A stretch of 56,133 nt of DNA, taken from positions 1-56,133 of the forward strand of contig CATMOE010000019.1 of NCBI GenBank assembly GCA_950072105.1, in the 5' to 3' direction. Under the pieces are notes generated by a model. That model was not told where the DNA came from, did no database searches, and saw only the letters and a program-made list of their open reading frames with translations. The position numbers were made by a program, and so were the translations under genes. This DNA comes from an uncultured Dehalococcoidia bacterium (GTDB lineage: Bacteria; Chloroflexota; Dehalococcoidia; Lucifugimonadales; UBA3495). Shown here in pieces: positions 48,126 through 56,133 of the stretch (position 1 is its first letter; every line of letters begins with the position of its first letter).

Positions 48126-50291
48126 GTGCTTGAGCATCTAAAAACCCGTTTCGGCTTCGACCGCTTCCTGCCGCTACAGGAAGAGATAATCGGACGGGTT
48201 CTTTCCCGGAAAGACGCTCTTGTGCTGATGCCCACTGGTGGCGGCAAGTCGCTGTGCTACCAGTTGCCGGCGGTGCTTTTTTCCGGGATTACGGTGGTCG
48301 TCTCGCCCCTCATCGCCTTGATGAAGGACCAAGTTGATGGTCTCAGGGCTCATGGCATAGCCGCCGGATTCATCAATAGCTCGTTGACCGCCGCCCAAAT
48401 CGCCCGGGTCCAACAGATGGCCCGGGATGGCGCCCTCAAGATTCTCTACGTGGCTCCGGAGAGGCTGGCGTCGCCTGAGTTTCAGGATTTCTTGCGCAGT
48501 GTCGAACTTAGCCTCTTCGCTATCGACGAAGCCCATTGCATATCGGAGTGGGGCCACGAGTTCCGACCGGACTACCGCAACCTGAAAACACTGCGCCGCG
48601 ACTTCCCCGAAGTGCCCATCGTCGCCCTTACCGCCACCGCCACCGAACAGGTGCGCCGGGACATTGTCAACCAGCTCGGCCTAGGGCAGGCGCAGGTATT
48701 CATCTCCAGCTTCAACCGCGCTAATCTCTGCTATGCGGTACAACCGAAGCGAAATTCCTTCAATCGCCTCCTGGAACTCTTGAACAAGCACAAGAACGAG
48801 CCGGTCATCATCTACCGATTTTCCCGCGACAACACCGAAGAACTGGTGGAAGACCTGACCGCGGAAGGATTCAATGCCCTGCCATACCATGCCGGGCTCG
48901 ATAGGGACCTCCGCCGGGATACACAGGAAAAGTTCATCCGTGACGAGGTTCCAATCATCGTGGCGACCATCGCATTCGGCATGGGCATCGATAAGCCTGA
49001 CGTTCGCTTGGTGGTTCACTACGAGTTACCCAAAACCCTTGAAGGTTACTACCAAGAAACCGGGCGAGCCGGGCGTGATGGCCTACCCAGCGACTGCGTT
49101 CTTTTCTACTCCCACCAGGACAGATTAAAGCAAGAATATTTCATCCGCCAGATCGGAGACCAAGCCGAGCGCGAGAACGCCGAAAAGAAGCTTGCTCAGG
49201 TGATTGAGTTCGCTGAGCTTTGGACTTGCCGCCGCAAATATCTGATCGAGTACTTGGGTGAAGCATGGAGCGAATCGACCTGCGACGCTTGCGACATCTG
49301 CTTGACTCCGAGGGAGACGTGTGACGCCACCGAGATATCCCAAAAAATCCTTTCGGCGGTCGTCCGCACCGGTAACCGATTTGGAGCTCGCCACATCGTT
49401 GATGTGCTTTTGGGGAAAGGATCAAAACAAGTCGTCCGTTATGGGCACGACGAGTTGACGGTATTTGGAATCTCACGAGGTCTCTCGTCTGAAGAAGTCT
49501 TGCATTGGATCGGCGCCCTGCTGGAAAAGGGCATGTTGGAAAAGGACAAGGGGAAATACCCAACCCTTGCTACCACAAAAGACGGGTGGGAGTTCCTAAA
49601 CAGCGGCGGCCGGCTACAACTTACGGCGCCAAAGCGCGATGCCGTGGGTTCAATTGGTGAGCGAAACATCAGCGAAGAAAGCGCCTCTAACCCGGAGTTG
49701 TTCGAGGTGTTGCGTACTCTTCGAAAACGGATCGCGGACGATCGGGCGGTGCCCCCCTACGTCATCTTCAGCAACTCCGCCCTCTTGGCCATGGCCGGAT
49801 CCGTTCCCCGCACCCGTGAGGACTTTGCTAAGATCTCCGGCGTGGGACGGGTAAAACTGGAGCAATTCAGCGGTCCTTTTTTGGAAGTGATAATCGAGTA
49901 CGCCCATGCCAACGGGATCCCAGAAAAAGAGAATGCGGTCCAGCCGCTATATCGCCCCAGAGAAAAGAACCACCGGAGCAACCGGGCAAGCTCTACCCTT
50001 AACGAAACCAAGGAACTCGTTGGGCGCAAAATGTCGGTCGGTGAAATAGCAAAACACCGAGGCTTGACCGAGAACACCATCGTTAATCATGTAGTGCTAC
50101 TAGTGGATGGCGGAGAAGAAATTGTCCTCGACCACTTGATGCCATCGCCGGAGCGGTTGTCTAAGATCGAAGCCGCGTTTCTGCAAACCGAGGGAGTGCT
50201 GCTGACACCGGTGCGGGAATTGTTGGGAGAGGACTATTCGTACGAGGAATTGGCCCTGGTGCGGATCGGAATGAGAAAGAAGAACCCCTAG
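48126..50291 (+). CDS. recQ: ATP-dependent DNA helicase RecQ (RQC, HRDC, C-terminal HTH)
   Basis: PTGGGKS, DEAHCISEWGHEFRP, QETGRAGRDG, CRR..CDACDIC and VPPYVIF motifs. Confidence 0.96.
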   Translation: MLEHLKTRFGFDRFLPLQEEIIGRVLSRKDALVLMPTGGGKSLCYQLPAVLFSGITVVVSPLIALMKDQVDGLRAHGIAAGFINSSLTAAQIARVQQMARDGALKILYVAPERLASPEFQDFLRSVELSLFAIDEAHCISEWGHEFRPDYRNLKTLRRDFPEVPIVALTATATEQVRRDIVNQLGLGQAQVFISSFNRANLCYAVQPKRNSFNRLLELLNKHKNEPVIIYRFSRDNTEELVEDLTAEGFNALPYHAGLDRDLRRDTQEKFIRDEVPIIVATIAFGMGIDKPDVRLVVHYELPKTLEGYYQETGRAGRDGLPSDCVLFYSHQDRLKQEYFIRQIGDQAERENAEKKLAQVIEFAELWTCRRKYLIEYLGEAWSESTCDACDICLTPRETCDATEISQKILSAVVRTGNRFGARHIVDVLLGKGSKQVVRYGHDELTVFGISRGLSSEEVLHWIGALLEKGMLEKDKGKYPTLATTKDGWEFLNSGGRLQLTAPKRDAVGSIGERNISEESASNPELFEVLRTLRKRIADDRAVPPYVIFSNSALLAMAGSVPRTREDFAKISGVGRVKLEQFSGPFLEVIIEYAHANGIPEKENAVQPLYRPREKNHRSNRASSTLNETKELVGRKMSVGEIAKHRGLTENTIVNHVVLLVDGGEEIVLDHLMPSPERLSKIEAAFLQTEGVLLTPVRELLGEDYSYEELALVRIGMRKKNP

Positions 50292-51030
50292 GCCGGCGGC
50301 CAGATGGGCTCCACCTCTTCTATGGGGCCAACCGCCAGCGGCTCCGTTGAGGCGCCTAGGAACTGGATCCCGTCGTCATTGACGTAGAACGCCTGGCGGC
50401 CTTCCACATATTTACTTCCCCTCATCTTGTAGATGCAAAGGGTCCGCAGGTCGGACGCCACCAACCTCTCAACTTCCAGGTAAATCACCACGTCGGCCAT
50501 GGCCAGTTCGGGCAGGTCTAGGTCGCGGGGAAGAGAATACTCCCCGACCAAGAGCTCCAGGCAATTGTTCTCTACCAGTTGCGCGCTGAGGGTACCGAGG
50601 AACCGCCACAGTTGGCCCCGGTTGGGAGAAACGTCGCTGATAGCCCGGAAGCTGTCTATCGCCGCCACCCCGACCTTGTGATCTTGGATCCGGCTCACGT
50701 GGTGTTAAGCAACCGGATCAAAGTGTCGCCTTCGATGTCGGTGTCCCGTTCCAAGACATCCAGGGCGTCGAACACACCAGTCGGCCCCAAAAAGCTAAGC
50801 CCGCTGTATTGAGAACGCATCTTGGAAACGGGCTGATGGGTGGTGGTTACTAACATGGCGTTCCCACTCTCTAGGGCCGCTTGGGCCAGGATGTGGAAAG
50901 CCAATATGGACTTGCCCGAGCCGGGAACCCCGGCGAGAACCACCAGGGATTGGGCCGGCAGGCCTCCACCCAATAGCCGGTCCAGCCAGTCGAGACCGGT
51001 GCTCACCCTGGCAGCGGGTAAACCTTCCAT
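50288..51030 (-). pseudogene. KaiC/RAD55-like single-domain ATPase split by a frameshift near 50699
   Basis: STGLDWLDRLLGGG and Walker A GVPGSGKS in 50695-51030; Walker B AAIDS and KMRGS in 50288-50698. The junction ACC AC GTG implies a 1-nt loss. Confidence 0.75.
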
Positions 51031-51270
51031 AGGCCCTCCGGTGGCAAGATTGGTGGCCAGAATCGGTTATCATCGACGGGCCAGCGCCGCTTGGGCTTAG
51101 TATAGCAAGAGTGCCGCTGGGGTTAGGACACTGGGCCGAAGGGGATTTAACTAAGAATTATTCCGATTAAACGGCTAACAGAAAATCACACCGAGAATCT
51201 TGTTCGTCGATTCCTGAATCAGTGACGTTCTTGGTGAGTATTTTTTCCGTTCTCGGTAAACTTTTTATTT

Positions 51271-51339
51271 CGTTCGTGGTGAGCTTGTCGAACCACGGCC
51301 CCCACGTGGAAGGCCCTTCGGCAGGCTCAGAGCGAACGG
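51271..51339. repeat. REP-like element (family of 45809)
   Basis: cgttcgtggtgagcttgtcgaacca...cccttcggcaggctcagagcgaacgg. Confidence 0.8.
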
Positions 51340-51369
51340 CAGGCAATTAATTCGTTCGGGCGGTTTAGG

Positions 51370-52491
51370 CTAAAGGCTCAGCGCGTCAGCCAACCGGCGG
51401 CGGTGGAATTGCGGGTCGCCCAGGTAATGGTAGAGGGTCCGAGACGCGGTGGTGTGCAGGGTCAATCCGTATTCGGTCACACTGCCCACCCCGGCGTGGA
51501 CTTCGTGGGCGAAATTGCATGCTTGATAGTAAGCGGCGCTACCGACGGCCTTCGCCAGATGGATGCTATCCGTCGCCGGTTTGCCGGAGTCAAGTTTCCA
51601 AAGAGTTTCGTAGGTGGTCCACCGGGCGGCGTCCAATTGGTTTACCAGGTTGATGATGTGATCCTCGACCCGCTGGAACCGTCCGATCGGCCTGCCAAAC
51701 TGAATCCTGGTGCGGCTGTAGTCCACCGACATTTCATAGACCGACTGGCACGCCCCTACCTGATAAGCGCACATGACGGGAATCGTCCTGGCGATGGCCC
51801 GCTGAAGAGCACCCCATCCCCCGACGAATGAGGACCCGACCAGACTGTTCTGGTCCACGGAAACATCGTTCAGCTTGACTTCGGCCAGATTCCAAGCGAA
51901 GCCCGGCAGAGACCGTATCTCCACCCCATCAGCGGTGACCGGGACGATAACCAGGCCCACTTCGTTGCTCTCTTCAGAGCGTGCGGTGCATAGAAGATGG
52001 GTAGCCGAAACAGCGTCGAAAACGTAGACCTTGGTTCCATCCAACCGTAACCCGCCGCCGTTCTGGCGGACCGTCGACCGAACGTCCTCTTCGGCCCAGC
52101 TATAACTCGCCTCGGTCATCGCAGGTACCAAGATGCGCTCGCCCCGGGCCAAAGCGGGTAACCACTCCTGCTTCTGCTCTTCGGTACCGCCCTCCAGTAT
52201 CGCCGACGCTGCCAGAACGCAGGATGAAAGGTGGGGACCAGGAACCGGGCCACGGCCCAATTCCTCGAACAATACTCCGGCGTCGGTGAAGGAACCTCCC
52301 TCTCCGCCGTATTCCTGGGGAATGGCGATGCCCAGCCATCCGGTGGCCACCAATCTTTGCCAAGGCTCCGCCGTTACGGGCTGCTCCTCCGCCGCCATCT
52401 CCAGAAGAGTTTCTTTCGGATATTCCACCTGGATAAAACCGCGCACCGCGGTCTTCAACATTTCCTGTTCTTCGGTGAGGGCCAAGTCCAT
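51370..52491 (-). CDS. Acyl-CoA dehydrogenase, short partner subunit
   Basis: LTEEQEML, GWLGIAIP.EYGG.G, R.QFGRPIGRFQ and HAGVG motifs. Confidence 0.9.
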   Translation of the reverse strand: MDLALTEEQEMLKTAVRGFIQVEYPKETLLEMAAEEQPVTAEPWQRLVATGWLGIAIPQEYGGEGGSFTDAGVLFEELGRGPVPGPHLSSCVLAASAILEGGTEEQKQEWLPALARGERILVPAMTEASYSWAEEDVRSTVRQNGGGLRLDGTKVYVFDAVSATHLLCTARSEESNEVGLVIVPVTADGVEIRSLPGFAWNLAEVKLNDVSVDQNSLVGSSFVGGWGALQRAIARTIPVMCAYQVGACQSVYEMSVDYSRTRIQFGRPIGRFQRVEDHIINLVNQLDAARWTTYETLWKLDSGKPATDSIHLAKAVGSAAYYQACNFAHEVHAGVGSVTEYGLTLHTTASRTLYHYLGDPQFHRRRLADALSL

Positions 52492-52509
52492 GATTACTCC
52501 CTTCGGTCG

Positions 52510-52586
52510 CGCTGTCAGCGTTCACAGCTATCAGCAATCAGCGCTTGGATCGTCCCTGCTTGCTGAAAGCTGAAGGCTGATAGCTG
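52510..52586. repeat. Heptamer-armed inverted repeat
   Basis: gctgtcagcgttcacagctatcagcaatcagc...gctgaaagctgaaggctgatagctg. Confidence 0.75.
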
Positions 52587-53819
52587 TTATGCCAATGCTC
52601 CGGCCTGTTCCCGGACTTCCCGGCCGATTCCGATGCGCCGGGCCATAATCAGCTTCTGAATGTCCGCCGTTCCGCCGGGATGGATGGCTACGATGGCCGA
52701 CCTTTGGTGGGCTTCCATATGCCCTTCGGCAGCACCCCATTGGGGATCAAAGGTCAGGGCAGAAGGGCCCAGGATATCCAGGATCGATTGGGACATGCGG
52801 AGGCCGGACATCTTCCGCCAATAAGAAGCTTGTGGACCCTCATAGGTTATCTCGGCCTTACTGTGGCGCATCCAATAATTTCTCAGGTTGAATAACCGGG
52901 CGATCTCGGCTTCTACGTAGATGTCGATCAGCTTGTCGCGAACGTCTGGGTCCTTGGTTAACGGTTGGCCGTTTCGCTGGTTCTCACGGCAATATTCGAA
53001 GAGGTGATCCACCAGCCAGTTTCGGCCGATACGGCCACCGGTACCGTGCTCCAATTCCAAGTGGGTGGTCGCGACTTTCCATCCTTCGTTTTCGCCGCCG
53101 ATCAGGTTGAATGCCGGAACCCGGACGTTGTCGAAGAACACCGTGTTCTTAACTCCGGAGCCAGCTCCCGACTCACCCCCGGAAATCAATAGCTCCATGG
53201 GTTGAATGGTGATCCCGGGAAGGTCAGCGGGAATCATGAACCAGCCCAGGTTTTGGTGGCGGGGCGCCTCGTTGTCGGTGCAGGTGATGGTCCACATATA
53301 GTCGCAGCCCAAAGAGCTGCCCACGTATATCTTCTGGCCGTTGATGACGTACTCATCACCGTCCCGCTCGGCGGACATCTTGGCGTTTGCAAGGTCCGAT
53401 CCCGCTTCGGGTTCGGTGAGCAGTTGCCAGGTGCGGACTTCGCCCCGGAAGATGGGCGGCAAGAAGGTCTCTTTCTGCTCGTCAGTCCCCCATACCATGA
53501 TGGAGGCCCCGCCCAGCCTTCCTCCCGAGTCGTAGTAAGGCGGAATCGTGAGACTGTAGGAGTCAACTTCCTCTTCAATCACCACAGCGTGATCGAGGGA
53601 GAGGCCGCCGCCGCCGTACTCTTCGGGGGCCGTGGCCCACAGCCAGCCCTTCTCACCCAGCTTACGCCCCAAGCCTCGGCGCAACTGGTATTGCTCTTCC
53701 GTTATGTTGATCGAGTCCGGTGGATGAGCGATATCGGGAGATACGTTCTCCGCGAGCCACATACGTACTTCCTGCCGGAAGTCTTCCTGTTCAGGGGTGT
53801 AGGTAGGTTCGAAGTCCAT
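52587..53819 (-). CDS. Acyl-CoA dehydrogenase, long subunit
   Basis: LTEPEAGSDLA, INGQKIY, VFFDNVRVP, GWKVA..HLELEH and GGTADIQK.IMA motifs. Confidence 0.92.
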   Translation of the reverse strand: MDFEPTYTPEQEDFRQEVRMWLAENVSPDIAHPPDSINITEEQYQLRRGLGRKLGEKGWLWATAPEEYGGGGLSLDHAVVIEEEVDSYSLTIPPYYDSGGRLGGASIMVWGTDEQKETFLPPIFRGEVRTWQLLTEPEAGSDLANAKMSAERDGDEYVINGQKIYVGSSLGCDYMWTITCTDNEAPRHQNLGWFMIPADLPGITIQPMELLISGGESGAGSGVKNTVFFDNVRVPAFNLIGGENEGWKVATTHLELEHGTGGRIGRNWLVDHLFEYCRENQRNGQPLTKDPDVRDKLIDIYVEAEIARLFNLRNYWMRHSKAEITYEGPQASYWRKMSGLRMSQSILDILGPSALTFDPQWGAAEGHMEAHQRSAIVAIHPGGTADIQKLIMARRIGIGREVREQAGALA

Positions 53820-53839
53820 GGTTTGCCTCCGATTGAACG

Positions 53840-53983
53840 AGCTATCAGCTATCAGCGGTCAGCCACCAGCCACCAGCCACCAGCCACCAGCCAGGTATGG
53901 ATTATGCCGGAAACAGACAGGGGAAACAAGCCGATACCGCAACCGTATCAAAGCTGAAAGCCGATGGCTGATCGCTGAAAGCT
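53840..53983. repeat. Heptamer-armed inverted repeat with (CAGCCAC)n expansion
   Basis: agctatc agctatc agcggtc (agccacc)x4 ... gctgaaagccgatggctgatcgctgaaagct. Confidence 0.8.
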
Positions 53984-53989
53984 CGATTA

Positions 53990-55549
53990 TTATTGGCTGC
54001 GAAGCGCTCTTCCCGGCAGGGCTCCGGTGTGCTCTCCCTTGTCCACCACTAGCTTTCCGTTGACCACCACGTAATCAATACCTTCTGGGTACTGTTTTGG
54101 CTGCTCGAAGGTGGACTTCGCCTGGACCCGGTCCGGGTCGAAGACTACTATATCCGCTTTCATGCCGTCACGCAGGACGCCCCGGTCGCTCAGTCCCAGG
54201 CGTTGGGCCGGGATGGCGGTCATCTTGCGCACCGCCTCCTCCAAGCGCAGCAGTCCTTCCTCCCGAACGAACTGGCCCAAAACGTAGGGGAAGGTCCCGT
54301 AGCTTCTGGGGTTGGGCATATCCCCGGTGAGCAGCCCGTCGGACCCCACCATGTGGGCCGGGTGACGGACGATGGTGCGTATGTTGTCCGGATTTCCCGT
54401 GCGGGCCACGAAGGCCGCGTCCAAGTTCTCTTCGATCAAGAGGTCGCAGATGGCGTCCACCATTTTCTTGCCCTTGGCCTGGGCCAGGTCAACCAGCGAC
54501 CGGCCCTCCCACTCTTTGTTCTTGGCCGACCCGATGTGGCTGAAAATGTAGTAGTCCAGCGACAGGCCCCACATGGGGTTGACCGATTCACCGATCTCTT
54601 CCCTGACCCTCCGGTCTTGGATCCTCTGCAACAACACTTCCGGCCCCCCGGCATGGACCCAGTAAGGAAGCAAGGAGTGGACCACGGTACTGGCCGCGGC
54701 GTAGGGATACTGGTCGAATGTAACGTCGATCCCCGAGTCGCGGCCCTCATCCACCAAGTCAATCATCCGCTGCCCCATGCCGTCCACCGGGCTGTGGTAA
54801 TGGGATAAGTGCACCGGAGCGCCGCTGCGGCGGCCGATCTCGATGGCTTCCTTAAAGGGGTCGAGCAGCCGGTCCCCTAGGCTATACCTGGCGTGGGTCA
54901 TGTAAAATCCGCCCATCTCGCTCACCGCTTGCGCAACCGCCGCCAGTTCGTTGGTATCGCTATAGGCTCCCGGAGGATACGTCAATCCGGTGGAGAAGCC
55001 GAAAGCGCCGTCCCGCATCCCTTGGCGGGCCAACTCCTGCATCCGGGCCAGCTCGGGCTCCGTGGGCAGCCGGTCCTCCCATCCCATGGCCTCTACTCGG
55101 ATAGAAGCGTGGGGGACGAAGTAGACCACGTTACAAGACACCCGGTTATCCAGCAGGTCCAAAAACTCTTTGACGCTACCCCACCGAACATTTGGGGGCG
55201 GCTTGCCGTTGACCGCCGCCAAGTAGGTCAGCAGGTGCTCCAGATTGGCCGGCGACGTGGGAGCATAGGAAAGGCCGTCCATCCCCAGGGCCTCGGTGGT
55301 TACGCCCTGGCGGATCTTGGCGTCATGCTTGGGATTGTTGAGCAACATCAAGTCCGAATGGGAGTGCATGTCGATGAATCCAGGGCAGACCACGGACCCG
55401 CCAGCGTCAATCACCTGGGCCGCTTCCACGGCCGAGGTATCGCCACGGATGATCTGGACAGTATCGCCGGAGACGGCAACGCCGGCCCGAAACCAGGTTT
55501 GTCCGGTGCCGTCTACTACCCGGCCGTCTTTTATCAGCAGGTCGAACAT
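53990..55549 (-). CDS. N-acyl-D-amino-acid deacylase (D-aminoacylase) family amidohydrolase
   Basis: VVDGTG, PGFIDMHSHSD, GFSTGLTYPPG, DQYPY, GSDG and PRSYGTFP motifs; RBS spacing favours ATG 55549. Confidence 0.93.
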   Translation of the reverse strand: MFDLLIKDGRVVDGTGQTWFRAGVAVSGDTVQIIRGDTSAVEAAQVIDAGGSVVCPGFIDMHSHSDLMLLNNPKHDAKIRQGVTTEALGMDGLSYAPTSPANLEHLLTYLAAVNGKPPPNVRWGSVKEFLDLLDNRVSCNVVYFVPHASIRVEAMGWEDRLPTEPELARMQELARQGMRDGAFGFSTGLTYPPGAYSDTNELAAVAQAVSEMGGFYMTHARYSLGDRLLDPFKEAIEIGRRSGAPVHLSHYHSPVDGMGQRMIDLVDEGRDSGIDVTFDQYPYAAASTVVHSLLPYWVHAGGPEVLLQRIQDRRVREEIGESVNPMWGLSLDYYIFSHIGSAKNKEWEGRSLVDLAQAKGKKMVDAICDLLIEENLDAAFVARTGNPDNIRTIVRHPAHMVGSDGLLTGDMPNPRSYGTFPYVLGQFVREEGLLRLEEAVRKMTAIPAQRLGLSDRGVLRDGMKADIVVFDPDRVQAKSTFEQPKQYPEGIDYVVVNGKLVVDKGEHTGALPGRALRSQ

Positions 55550-55628
55550 GGGCATCTCCTTGTCTCCAGCGGATCTACCGGGCCGCCGTCATTAAATGAA
55601 GTTAGCGATGCAGGTATATATCCAGATG

Positions 55629-55679
55629 AATATACCTAGGGCATACTCCTCTTGCAAGCGGCATTAGCGGGGCTAATAT
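55629..55679. promoter_or_regulatory. Divergent promoter pair sharing a palindromic TTGCAA -35
   Basis: Minus strand: TTGCAA-17-TATATT toward the D-aminoacylase. Plus strand: TTGCAA-16-TAATAT toward the window end. Confidence 0.5.
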
Positions 55680-56133
55680 TGGGAAACCAAACTATACAAC
55701 CAGGAACCAAATTGAGGTTAACAGCTTAAGAACCGTACCGTCGATTCAGGCTTGAGCCGCTAAACCTGGGACCGTAAAGACCCTTTTGATTAATGCTGTC
55801 TCATCACGATCCAATACACCATATCTACCACCGGCCTGATTTACGGTGGGCGGTGGGCGGTGTTATTCTGACAATGCCACTTCAAAGCCAAGTCCTTTCC
55901 GTACCCCACGGACGGCGATTCATGTCCTCACCAGACCGGATGGCAAGCAGTCGTTAAACTTGGGACAAGTTGGTTTTGGATTTCGTCGGAGCAGGGTTGT
56001 CCCGCCTTCAAAATATCCCTTCGAGACAGGGCAGAAAAGTCCGGTTGGAAAGCGGTCAAGTGGGTCGCGTTAAGAAAATAGTGGTGGCGAGGTAACTTCC
56101 CTTTATGGCCTTCATAAGTATGCAAGGAATATC

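Noticed and set aside
53840..53983. Possible CRISPR array
   Set aside because: The units are 7-nt tandem repeats, not 25-45 nt repeats with regular spacers, and there are no cas genes.
1..56133. tRNA, rRNA, intact IS, prophage or defence genes
   Set aside because: None recognised by eye; tRNAscan, cmscan and defence-system searches would be needed to exclude them formally.

Overview
A GC-rich bacterial chromosomal segment, most likely from Chloroflexota/Dehalococcoidia (SAR202-like). This is inferred from the expanded family III CoA-transferases, acyl-CoA dehydrogenases, ThDP enzymes, a DUF1800/DUF1501 pair and a solute-binding lipoprotein with 'EVIKEV' repeats. Housekeeping genes are leuCD, metH, fhs, recQ and an M1 aminopeptidase. 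They sit among catabolic and transport loci (an Opp/Dpp-type ABC operon, an MFS, a ComDE-like decarboxylase, a D-aminoacylase), a large orphan pilin-like gene, several microproteins and at least four disrupted genes. I recognised no rRNA, tRNA, CRISPR array or intact transposase/integrase. The most notable signals are: (1) repeated adjacent enzyme pairs in which one partner lacks the catalytic residue (two CoA-transferase pairs, a fold-III PLP pair, an acyl-CoA dehydrogenase pair), plus a crotonase lacking both catalytic glutamates; (2) several families of intergenic palindromic repeats, one of which occurs in-frame, twice, inside a CoA-transferase gene; (3) a NusA-N-terminal-like segment in an ABC permease loop; (4) long, ORF-free, structured leaders behind clear sigma70-type promoters at both window ends. 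All family assignments come from motif recognition by eye, not database searches.
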